Assembly: GCA_946965045.2 (NCBI GenBank)
Contig: OX337237.1
Coordinates: 868,001 to 932,000 of the forward strand
Length of the DNA: 64,000 nucleotides
Source: Epithemia pelagica
Lineage: Eukaryota > Protista > Bacillariophyta
Direction of reading: 5' to 3'
The notes beneath the pieces are model-generated. The model ran no database searches, was not told the DNA's origin, and saw nothing but the letters and a program-made list of their open reading frames with translations. The stretch's first letter is position 1. Every line of letters starts with the position of its first letter. Below are positions 20,812 to 30,300 of this stretch, piece after piece. The position numbers and the translations under genes are program-made.

Positions 20812-23535
20812 TTACCACACTTGTCGTTGAATGTCTTGCAACAATTGCAGTGACTCGGGTTGAGAAGAATCAAATTTCCGGGCAAATAGAAACCCCAATT
20901 GACGTGCACGATGCAAGAAATGGAGCGTTTCATTGGACCAAAAGTACGCGTCACATTGATTCAGTGCTGGAGAGGAATTGCGAATCGACGGTGGATTCTG
21001 GTCAAGTGGTGCGTTTGTGTGAATCGTGGAATTGCCATGTTGCGTCTTGGTCAATGACGACGGCGAGATTACAGTTGGATCTCCTTCCAAGCACTCTCCA
21101 CCACCTGGCTTTCGACTGGACCACACAAAAGGCAGTTGATGCTTGGTGAGGTTGGTATCTCCTTGTCTATCGAGTAGGACCATGGTAACATCATCCAACT
21201 TGTAGCAAAACGGCAACACCTCGTTGCTACGTTCCTTGTTTGTCTCGTCGTTTTCGTTGTTGTTCCATTCGCCCTGGATCCCTTTTGTGTTGTAAGTCCC
21301 TGATCTGTGGTTCTGTTTTCCCATCAAGACTGCATTGCGCTTGGAGGATTCACAGACACCGGGTTTGGTACCCCCATAGGTTTGAAAGACAGCCGGAGGA
21401 AAGAAGGTTGCTGATTCTTGTGGCGCCACACGGGCCGTTGTCCGTTTCAAATCCTCCTCCTGGGTACCTTGTCCACTTGGTATTATTATTGGTGGTGGAC
21501 GTGGGGAGGGAAGATGCAGGAGTTGCAAGGCCGCACTCCAAATGCGTTCTTCCATACAACAAAAGGCGGCATATTTGGATTTGGCAAACAATTCTTGAAC
21601 CTGGGCCGAGTGAACCATGGAATGGAGAATGGATTCGTGATAAATGGCGGTATTGCCCGAATGGGTTTTCCCTCCTCGGACCAGGGCCTCAACCAAGGCG
21701 GCATCCCCCTTCAATGCACCGAGTGTTGTTGTTGTTGTTGTTGGGGAATGAGTCTGCTGCTTGTTGTTATTCTTGTTGTTGTTATGTGTGACAAAGGTTT
21801 GGGCTGGCAATCGCATGGTCCATTTCCAATATAGTGTCTCCTCCTGGTCGTTGTCATTCTTGCTGGCAAAGTCATGAGACGTGAAAAAGAGACGTTTTCG
21901 ACGCAACAACAAGAGCGATTGCTGTCCCAGGGACGACGTGAGCAACGACGACGACGACGACAAATTGGTGGATGCCGCAGCAGCACCCAACACTTGTCCC
22001 TTGTGCAATTGCGGACCCAACCATGCCCATTGGTTCTGTATCTGTAACTGACGCGCCAATTCCTGGGGCGACCACAGGGGAAAGGAGGCTCCATCCAAGG
22101 CAATATAATAGTCAAACCAGCGGCGGCGGTGGGACGACGGTTCGTCGTCTTGTTGTTCTTGTTGTTGAACGTACCAATTCCACACGGTCCAATGCAGTTG
22201 CGACACCGAATCGGTCCCATAGACAATTGTGCCAAAGGTGACACACACCACATTGGACCAGGACGACTGACGAATCCACTCTTGGACGGCTTGGGCAAAG
22301 CGTTGTGCGGAACGTGTGGGAGAACGTTCCAAATGGACCACAATGACATGTTGCGGTTGATGCACGGCAGCAATCACGTGTTGCAACAGGACCAAATCGC
22401 GATAGGCCACCAGGACCAACAAGAGGCGCGGAGGAGTCGTCGTCCTGGTAGTTGTCGTGGCGACAGGCCGTTTCAACTGCTGTACCAGGGCCTTCCAATC
22501 GTCTTGTTGGTACACCGAGGGAGGAAGCGTCGGTCGATAGGATTGGTACTGGCACATATCATGGTATTGGGCATACAGTTCCAACAATTGGAACAAGACT
22601 TGTTGTTGCAAGTCATGGGTAATCCTTTCGAGTCTGTTTGCGGTGGATCCGGCAGAAAACTGGTTGGGAGTCGTCTCAGTGCGGTTGCTCGCGTTGGGTC
22701 CATTCCTCCAGTGGAACTGGGCATGTTGGCGTTCAAAGGTTTGAAGGGTGCGTTGCCACAAGGGATGGGCCCACTGGGAAAAGTCCTTCCAAAACTGCCA
22801 TGTCGTTGTCGTGGCATTCAGGTCGGCAGCAAGACCTGTGGGATTTCCCGTAGGAGTCATGATCAGAATGGTACAATAGTGCAATTGTGCGACACCATCT
22901 CCCTGCATTTCCCAACCGTTGGTGGTGGAACCATGCTGCTGCTGCTGCCTCCTTTTGGTCAAGACGTACATCGGATGATCCAACGAGGCATGATTGGTCC
23001 AAATTGTTTCAAACACTTGATCGAACGACTGCGAGGAGGAAGCGTTTGGACGGGAGGACGACGGTTTGGGTTCGTCTGGATGCCCTGCCGCTGACGCACG
23101 GCTTTCACCAACACTACTACGATTGCCATTAGGGAGACCATCACCATCATCACCACCCGTACTGGTTGTCGTTGGGCTCTTGTTGTGGGGGCTGCGGACG
23201 GCGTTTCCCGCGTGTCGTCGACTCGGTGGTGGCGCCCACACCCATTGGACCGTTGTGGCGATGATTGGCTCGTCCAATCGTCCAACGAGTGGTGGTCCTG
23301 GTTCTTCTCGTCGTCGCCCGTGAAACCAGAGACTGACAAGGACCGTCAGGCACAACCATATACCCAGACAGTCTCTCCACCACTGCCAATACGAACGACG
23401 ACGACGACGACAACGACGAGAAACCACAACAAGATCACAGCTATTACTGCTACCAGGACGAGGAATGAGACGTTGGCGATCCTGTGGACTGCTCTTGACT
23501 GGTTGAATGATGCACGACACTCCATTCCGATGCAT
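20812..23535 (-). CDS. GT14 (core-2/I-branching GlcNAc- or xylosyl-transferase-like) glycosyltransferase, type II membrane
   Basis: N-terminal TM; LLLVLVAYRD, VIVVHLERS, FDYYIALDGASFPL, CCMEERIWS and C-terminal FLFARKFD. Confidence 0.78.
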   Translation of the reverse strand: MHRNGVSCIIQPVKSSPQDRQRLIPRPGSSNSCDLVVVSRRCRRRRRSYWQWWRDCLGIWLCLTVLVSLWFHGRRREEPGPPLVGRLDEPIIATTVQWVWAPPPSRRHAGNAVRSPHNKSPTTTSTGGDDGDGLPNGNRSSVGESRASAAGHPDEPKPSSSRPNASSSQSFDQVFETIWTNHASLDHPMYVLTKRRQQQQHGSTTNGWEMQGDGVAQLHYCTILIMTPTGNPTGLAADLNATTTTWQFWKDFSQWAHPLWQRTLQTFERQHAQFHWRNGPNASNRTETTPNQFSAGSTANRLERITHDLQQQVLFQLLELYAQYHDMCQYQSYRPTLPPSVYQQDDWKALVQQLKRPVATTTTRTTTPPRLLLVLVAYRDLVLLQHVIAAVHQPQHVIVVHLERSPTRSAQRFAQAVQEWIRQSSWSNVVCVTFGTIVYGTDSVSQLHWTVWNWYVQQQEQQDDEPSSHRRRWFDYYIALDGASFPLWSPQELARQLQIQNQWAWLGPQLHKGQVLGAAAASTNLSSSSSLLTSSLGQQSLLLLRRKRLFFTSHDFASKNDNDQEETLYWKWTMRLPAQTFVTHNNNKNNNKQQTHSPTTTTTTLGALKGDAALVEALVRGGKTHSGNTAIYHESILHSMVHSAQVQELFAKSKYAAFCCMEERIWSAALQLLHLPSPRPPPIIIPSGQGTQEEDLKRTTARVAPQESATFFPPAVFQTYGGTKPGVCESSKRNAVLMGKQNHRSGTYNTKGIQGEWNNNENDETNKERSNEVLPFCYKLDDVTMVLLDRQGDTNLTKHQLPFVWSSRKPGGGECLEGDPTVISPSSLTKTQHGNSTIHTNAPLDQNPPSIRNSSPALNQCDAYFWSNETLHFLHRARQLGFLFARKFDSSQPESLQLLQDIQRQVW

Positions 23536-23664
23536 GGGTCGACGGAGAGAACCCCCTCTTGTCTTTGTCGTCATGGGGGAGCATTGGTCGTGGCTCGATC
23601 GCTTGGTGGCAACTCTGGAAAGGAATCCATTGTGGAGAATTGGAGTGGGTGATGGAACCTCCTT

Positions 23665-23681
23665 GGGTTAGGGTTAGGGTT
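23665..23681 (+). repeat. Short interstitial (GGGTTA)n telomere-like tract
   Basis: GGGTTAGGGTTAGGGTT. Confidence 0.6.
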
Positions 23682-23843
23682 CCGTTGACGCGCCCGCCGG
23701 TCTTGTTGGGGTTTCATTGCCGAGCGACAAATCACAGCCAATCAAAGTGCGTCACGCAGCGCCTGCAACACCGCAACAACAGCTTTGTGCGACGATCGAC
23801 ACACCACAACACACAACATGGTTCATTGCTGGAACCAACGACC

Positions 23844-24848
23844 ATGTCGTCGACACCGTGGAACCGAGTTTCACCGGACGCCTACAAGTCATGGCTTCTG
23901 GAAGACATGACAGCTGCAGAGTACAATGCACTAGGTCCTGTGGAACGACGAACTCTACGGACTCAATTTCAGCAACAGCAGCAGCAGCAACAGCAACAGC
24001 AGCTCGAGGGTGACATTGCGGCGGAGATGCAAGCGATGCGTCTGGAGATTCATGCTGTTCGAGAGACCTTGCCAACAGTGCTCGTCGGAAATGTCATTAC
24101 GCCGTCACAAGCATGGCGAATACCACAGGTTGTGTCCAGCGTCTTTGATTCTCTTGGAGTATCGCTGTCACCTCGAGCTATTATTACGGGGGAGCCGTAC
24201 CAGTACGAGCTGCCGACGAGCTGTGGCGATGAATGGAAGTTTTCCTGGAACTGGAACAGTGGCACAACCATGGATGACAGAGCTCTAGAACGAACGTCGT
24301 ACAAACCGGTAGAGGAATTTCTACGGGGGGTGGGTTTGTTCTGTGTGGATATAAGTGAGGGTCACTATTGTGTCAAGAAACTGCTGTATACTGTCGACGT
24401 TTACACCAAGAGAAACCAGAATCCTTTGCAAGTTCGAGGCCAACCGGTTTTCCTCCGACACTGTGTACAAGGCCGCAGTGATCTTGCGGTGTTGCGAGCA
24501 GATAATGAAGGCGGTTACATACTACGAAACAATGTCAAATTTGTTGTGGAGATAAAGACCGTGACTGGCTACAGACAGTCGCAAACAGGATGCAGGAGGG
24601 AGGCGCAGCTTCAGGTGATTGGTCTCAACGCGTTCAACACCAACAACTCTCCTCCTGTTGTGCTTTCCGACTTGGCAAGGGTACACCAAGTCTTGTACCT
24701 CGACACGGATCAAGACTGGAACTATTCCATCCGAGTCAGGCAGTGTTTTTCTTTTGCTGCCGCTATTCACTTCGCGAACACTCTGAGTGAACGTGCCTGT
24801 ATCTCCCATCATTTCTCTCGGCCGAAATCCCCAGATCCGGAATTGTAG
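23844..24848 (+). CDS. Putative PD-(D/E)xK nuclease-fold (Crinkler/CR-like) protein, 334 aa
   Basis: Short helical header (MTAAEYNALGPVERRTLRTQF) and polyQ, then GRSDL...FVVEIK...EAQLQ.IG...SPPVVLSDL. Confidence 0.6.
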   Translation: MSSTPWNRVSPDAYKSWLLEDMTAAEYNALGPVERRTLRTQFQQQQQQQQQQQLEGDIAAEMQAMRLEIHAVRETLPTVLVGNVITPSQAWRIPQVVSSVFDSLGVSLSPRAIITGEPYQYELPTSCGDEWKFSWNWNSGTTMDDRALERTSYKPVEEFLRGVGLFCVDISEGHYCVKKLLYTVDVYTKRNQNPLQVRGQPVFLRHCVQGRSDLAVLRADNEGGYILRNNVKFVVEIKTVTGYRQSQTGCRREAQLQVIGLNAFNTNNSPPVVLSDLARVHQVLYLDTDQDWNYSIRVRQCFSFAAAIHFANTLSERACISHHFSRPKSPDPEL

Positions 24849-25317
24849 TTTCCTGATAATCTCAGCTGTGGACTGGGAATGATCATTGATGGTCTCGGGA
24901 AACATCGTGTGGCGTTGCTGTAGCCTAAAACCGTTGGCGGTGCCATCGACTTGTTGTGGATTCGAGAACAAACATTGGCGCCATGGCGAGAACAGATGAA
25001 AAAGCGATGATCACTATTCTTTCTCAACCAAGACTTCTTAGTCTATGTTGTTGAAACGGCTTGGAACCCTCCTCAGCAATGGCGGTCAACGATTTCGGTC
25101 CCAACCGCTTGCTTGTGATTCCACTAGTTTCCTCAGTTGGCCTTGCTCGCCGTCAAAGCAACAAAGAAGGTGATTCTTCATGGTAGTGTGAAGCGGGGGT
25201 ATTCTAGACAGCTTCACTGGTATTCGAAGAGAACAAGAGAAAGTGGCGGAAGATATCTCGAGCTGGCAAGACAAGATCGACGTGGAAGTTCCGCTCTTTT
25301 GACAAAAATAGCTAACT

Positions 25318-25394
25318 TCTTTTGGATCATCATCTCCCAATGGAGCCTCGGGAGGATCGTCTCGTCTTTTGGATCATCATCTCCCAATGGAGCC
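25318..25394 (+). repeat. 30-bp direct repeat x2 (TCTTTTGGATCATCATCTCCCAATGGAGCC)
   Basis: Copies at 25318-25347 and 25365-25394. Confidence 0.85.
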
Positions 25395-25819
25395 AATGGA
25401 TCACAAAGTAGTGGAAGTTCTCCCTTTGGCAATGGTTACAATCCATCGTCCAGCACCGGTAATAAAAAGTCGTACAATAGAGTACCTGCGTGGCCCGTCT
25501 TTCCACGCACAATTCGAAAGGATTACCTCAACAACCGTCAAGGATCAATCATTCTCATGCTTCTCTGGCGTTGTATTAATCCGCTCACCGCTGTAGGATC
25601 GGAACCATTGGTAGTTGACTGTAGTGGAATGGAATAGAAAGAATAGGAAATGATACCCACTCCCACGTCTTTTGTGTCTGGGTGTTGCGCTTTTGTCATT
25701 GTTTGGAATCGACGGCTTTGCCGATCCGTGACTAACTGGGTCATGATTGAAATAGAAAACTATATGTAATGATGGGGTTTCTCTTGGAAAAAGATCCAAG
25801 ACGACGACCACCACAACAA

Positions 25820-25921
25820 TTGTCGGCCTTTTCTCCTTCGTTGTGGAATCTCTGCATCTACGGACCACACTTGTCGGCCTTTTCTCCTTCGTTGTGGAAT
25901 CTCTGCATCTACGGACCACAC
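25820..25921 (+). repeat. Perfect 51-bp tandem duplication
   Basis: TTGTCGGCCTTTTCTCC...CGGACCACAC at 25820-25870 and 25871-25921. Confidence 0.92.
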
Positions 25922-26055
25922 AGATATAGAAACGTTCACAGTCCTATTCCTATTTTTGCTGGTTTCGACACTGGACATTTGGTACTGCGAGTCATGGTTT
26001 GATAAAATCCTATCCTTAAAACTAGCCCCAGCTGTGTGCGTCCATCCTCATTGGA

Positions 26056-26082
26056 CTCTCTCTCTCTCTCTCTCTCTCTCTC
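26056..26082 (+). repeat. (CT)n microsatellite
   Basis: 27-bp CT run just 3' of the MAPEG-like gene. Confidence 0.95.
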
Positions 26083-26182
26083 ACGTGTGTGTCTATGTCC
26101 TTTTCGAGCCACGTCCATGGGAACCAATCGTTGTGTGCGTGTGTGTGCGTGCATGTTCTATGGGATTCTTCTTTTCTTGTAC

Positions 26183-26593
26183 TTAAAAGGCCAGTTGATA
26201 GACTTGCCAACACAAGAGACCCAAGGCCCCGTATCGAATCGTGGCGACGCCGGCCGTGGGAAGACTGGGATATCCGGTCAAAATACGGAGCCAGTAATAG
26301 CCCACTTGAGAAACGGCGGCCAGGGTTCCAGCCAAATGGGGTCGAGCCGTTTCTCCACCGTCTTGGACGTGGACCAAGACGAGCAAGGCGACAAACAGGG
26401 GTGCATATTCGGCCTCATTGAGTTGGGCGGCCTTGAGTCGTTGCATCAAGGAGGTACTTTCCAATTTGGCCATTTCCGTCTTGTCATGCGAGGCAAACGT
26501 TTGCCAGAGGCGCAATCCAAATGTGACGGAGAGTTTGGCAAAGGTGGTTTGACCCGCAATCACTGCGGCAGCTTGAAGGGCCGTCAAGGACAT
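26183..26593 (-). CDS. MAPEG-family-like small membrane protein, 136 aa
   Basis: Several hydrophobic helices and the motif RLKAAQLNEAEYAPLF. Confidence 0.65.
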   Translation of the reverse strand: MSLTALQAAAVIAGQTTFAKLSVTFGLRLWQTFASHDKTEMAKLESTSLMQRLKAAQLNEAEYAPLFVALLVLVHVQDGGETARPHLAGTLAAVSQVGYYWLRILTGYPSLPTAGVATIRYGALGLLCWQVYQLAF

Positions 26594-26730
26594 AATGTCG
26601 AATAGAAAATTTGGAGAAAGAGGAGGAAGAATCGAAAGAGCAAAGCTTTTGGTTTGGTTGTGGTGGTCGATCTGGAGACCTTGGATCTTTTTTTGTGAGA
26701 GAAAGTACCCTTGTTTTCTTGGAAAGGTTG

Positions 26731-27056
26731 AGTCAGAGTTAACAAGGACGGGAAGATCTCGGAGAGGTCTGACCGCCAACGAACTAGCCCGTGGGAAAAC
26801 TACCCTCCCACGGATTTCCTAACATAACCATGCAGGAGTCTAATGTTCCTATGATTTAGGTCAAGTCATGGATGAAATGAACCAGACAAGGAACGAATGA
26901 ATAGACAACCTTGAAAAAGCAAAGTTCTAGAATAAACAACCTTATAATATATAACAACTTTGCTAAAGCAACTTGTTCGTCCAACTTGCTGCAGAGGACT
27001 GATCAACTCTGTAGCGAGCCCAGTGGTATTGCCTAGTTTACTTGCGTACTTTGATT
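26731..27056 (+). repeat. 5' LTR of outer element (326 bp, AGTCA...TGATT termini)
   Basis: Differs from 43418-43747 by about 3 substitutions and one small indel. Confidence 0.92.
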
Positions 27057-27070
27057 GGTTATTGAGCCCA
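27057..27070 (+). promoter_or_regulatory. PBS GGTTAT(T)GAGCCCA, half-molecule tRNA-iMet type
   Basis: Resembles the Drosophila copia PBS GGTTATGGGCCCAG; complementary to the iMet anticodon arm TGGGCTCATAACC with one extra T. Confidence 0.72.
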
Positions 27071-27367
27071 ATTGTTGTTTCTAACAATTGCTTGCGCTTC
27101 CTTTTGTCGCCCTGGAGATTGTTGAGTCGACGCAGCATCTCCTCCCCTTTGCCTCGCACCGAGAGCCCGTTCCCGAACCGTTCCCTTGCACCAGCCAACT
27201 GGTAGCCTCCTTCCAAGCTGTCGGACCAACAAGAGTCTCCGACCTACAGCCTTGGCAGTTTCTCCTTCCCCAAATACGACGAAGAAGAAATCCTTTTGAC
27301 CAACGATTCCGCCGCCAAAGACGACGAGCCAGAGATTGTTGAGATACCGTTGATTGTTGAGCCAAAC

Positions 27368-30300
27368 ATGTCTGCTCCTGCACCACCTCCTCCGCCAACA
27401 ACCACTACCTTCCGTCCGACGAAACCCATCATGGGCGATCTGATTCAGACTGATGAAACCAAGTGGGCCGTTTGGACTGGTGGTAAGCCGAATGCCACCT
27501 GGACTGGCCTTGATTCGTCCGCTGCCACCCACGACAAGACCCCCTTTCAACGACGCTTCGCCAAGGACGCTTCCGCCTTTGAAGCCCGATGTGCCGGACT
27601 ACCGCACCTGTTCAAGAAAGGACATAATCTGAATCAGTTTATGAAAGATATCAAGGAGACATTGGAGATTCGGGGTATGGACACCATTACTTACCTTGTT
27701 GACCCTGCCGATCCGACTGTGATGCGCAACATCATCTCCGAGCACACTCGCTTCACCGCTGAGTATGTTTCTACCGTTGCTGCCACCCAGAAGAAGAAGT
27801 ATGACAGCTACAATGTGCAGAATGACACTGCTGCCATTCAAATGTTCAAGGCCTCTTTGGACTCGCGGCTCGTGCAACAAGTGAAGAATCGTCTCAAGCC
27901 TGACATGTGTTTTCTTGAAGCATGGATGATTTTGATCACGGTTGTCCAAACGGACTCCGTTGATAAGTACGACAAGCTCAAGCAAGATATCAAGTCACGC
28001 ACGCCGTTCCTCTACTCCGGACAAAACATCACGACTATGGCCCAGACTACTCGCGAGTCGTGTGATGACTTAGTTACAGCTGGTTTCTTCGAGCAGTCGC
28101 TTGTCCTTACCATTCTCGAGTCGTTCTTGCTCGCAGATGGAAGTGAGTTCTACAAGCAGTCCCTTCTCCAGCTCCACTCCAAGGTCCACTCCAAGATTTT
28201 GGATATCCGCTACAAGCACCATGATGACCAACAACGTGCTATGGAAGCCGATGGTATCTCCTACGATGATATCTGCCGTATTGCTGACGATCTCTACGTT
28301 ACAGATGTAGCTAAAGGACGTTGGTCGCCCGCCGTTTCAAATCGAGACTCCAAGACTCCTGCCCGAGCCTTCTCCAATTTGTCCACTGTGCAAACTCTTG
28401 CTCTCCAGCAGCACATGACAAGCCGTCAATCGAATCGCCCGAAAAACAAGTCCAACTCATTCCAGTCGTCAAGCAATCGCTCCCGTTCCTCCGGCAATCA
28501 ATCCAACCATCGCTCCAACCGATCCCAGAGCGACAACAACAGCCGCAGTTCTAACCGCTCAAGTGGATCGACCAACTGGCGTCGTGTCCCACCGACCGAT
28601 CCCAACGAATCAAGCCGAGCCGTTGATGAAGTGACGTATTACTGGTGTGGAGTTTGCCGTCGTTGGACCACCAACCACACTACTGAGCAACATTGTAGTG
28701 GCATGGGAAAGAACAACAATAACAAGAAACCACAGCGCCCCAAACCACAGGCCAACACCTTCTGCACCGATGTTTCTGCATGGGCCGCCCGTTTTCCGTT
28801 GTATTCTCCCATTCGCAGTGTCCGCGCCGCTAGCCCACCTGTGGAATCCGACTCGTCCTCCGCCACCAGCAGCTCTGTCCCCGATTCCTTTTGGGACAAC
28901 TTCAGCAACCGAGACTCCGAAGACGACGACAATGTTTCCGCCGATGCCTTGCCCGACCAAGTCGTCAGTGATGCCCATGTGTTCCATGGCAACGACCCTG
29001 TTCCTGAATGGGCCATGGATGACGACGATGATTTTGCTGCTTCTGCCTCCAGCGACGACTTGCTCTCTTTGGACGCCGATGCACCAAAACCTGACGACGA
29101 TGTCAATTCCACCGACTCCACCATGTCTTGGACCAACGTTGAACCTCCAATGGATGCCAAGCCTTGTACCAACACCACTCTCCAAGCCATGCCAGCCCCC
29201 TTCCCTTCTGTTGCTCGCCCTTCCGTCCAATTTGCAGATCCGTCGTCCTCTCCTGACACCTTGACCGACGACGATGCCAAACTATGCGGTGAAGTACCTC
29301 CTGCTTCACTCAAGCAAGACTGTGACACGTCTACCGTACACGATTCGACACTGTCTCCACGTTCCCCCACGTCTGTGCACGAACCACCTTTGTCTCAACG
29401 TGACAAGGTTCTTTCTAGTGAATTCGTGTACGATGCCTGTACAGCCCTTCTGGAAAATTTGGATCTTACCGGTGACTTAACCGACCCCAAGACTCAAGCG
29501 CCAGCCTCTCCGGACGAACTCGATGTCATGCTCTCCACAGCTTCCGAGTACTTACTTCATCCCCACACGGCTTGCGCGAAAGAACCAGATTCTGCCTTGC
29601 GACAGGATCTACTAGACAAGATTCCCCTCCATCAGACACGTTTGAAACAGATTTGGCTATATGTGTTAGATCAAGAAATGACTTTCGGTTCTCCCTACCA
29701 AGACCGTCGTCCCCTTTTGTCTACCACGCACGATGCAGTTTGGCATTTGGCCAACGCTCCCCTACCAGTTTTCGATGCTGCGTCCTCGACTCCTTCTGAC
29801 GCTCCTGACTCGAAACCACCCCCTGCGGAGCCCCAACCAAGTGACCATGCCGTTGAACTCTCGTCGTCGCCCATGCCTCCGACCAAGAAGCCACGTACTG
29901 ATCCACATGCCACTTATCTTTGTTTCCTCAAGCATCCAAAGCTGAAGGTCACTCCAGTCGATTTCTCCGATGCTTTCACCTCTGTTCCCTTTGATCATGT
30001 GCCTGTGCCTCGTACAGTGTCTTTCCGTACTCGTCGCTCCCCAAGTCCTCGTGTCCCTTCCCGTCGTCCTCGTGCTGTTCCCTCCAAGGCCACGCCCCAG
30101 CCGAAGCCGAACAAGAAGAAGAAGAAGTTTCACCGTCGTCGCTTCCATGCACAACGCCCACGACCACCACCAGTGCCTCGCCCCAAGCCGTTGCCACCCC
30201 ATCTTCGTTGTCTCCAGCGGCCTTACTTACCTCCAAACTATGTGCCACCCCACCACGTTTCCAAGTCTACCGCGTGGTCCTTTGGCAAGCGCCTCAAGTT

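Noticed and set aside
25137-25637. 166-aa Ser/Gly-rich ORF
   Set aside because: Starts at TTG, the internal repeat shifts frame, and no family is recognisable; at most a gene relic.
25820-25921. Direct repeats as a CRISPR array
   Set aside because: Only two adjacent copies, no spacers, no cas genes, eukaryotic context.
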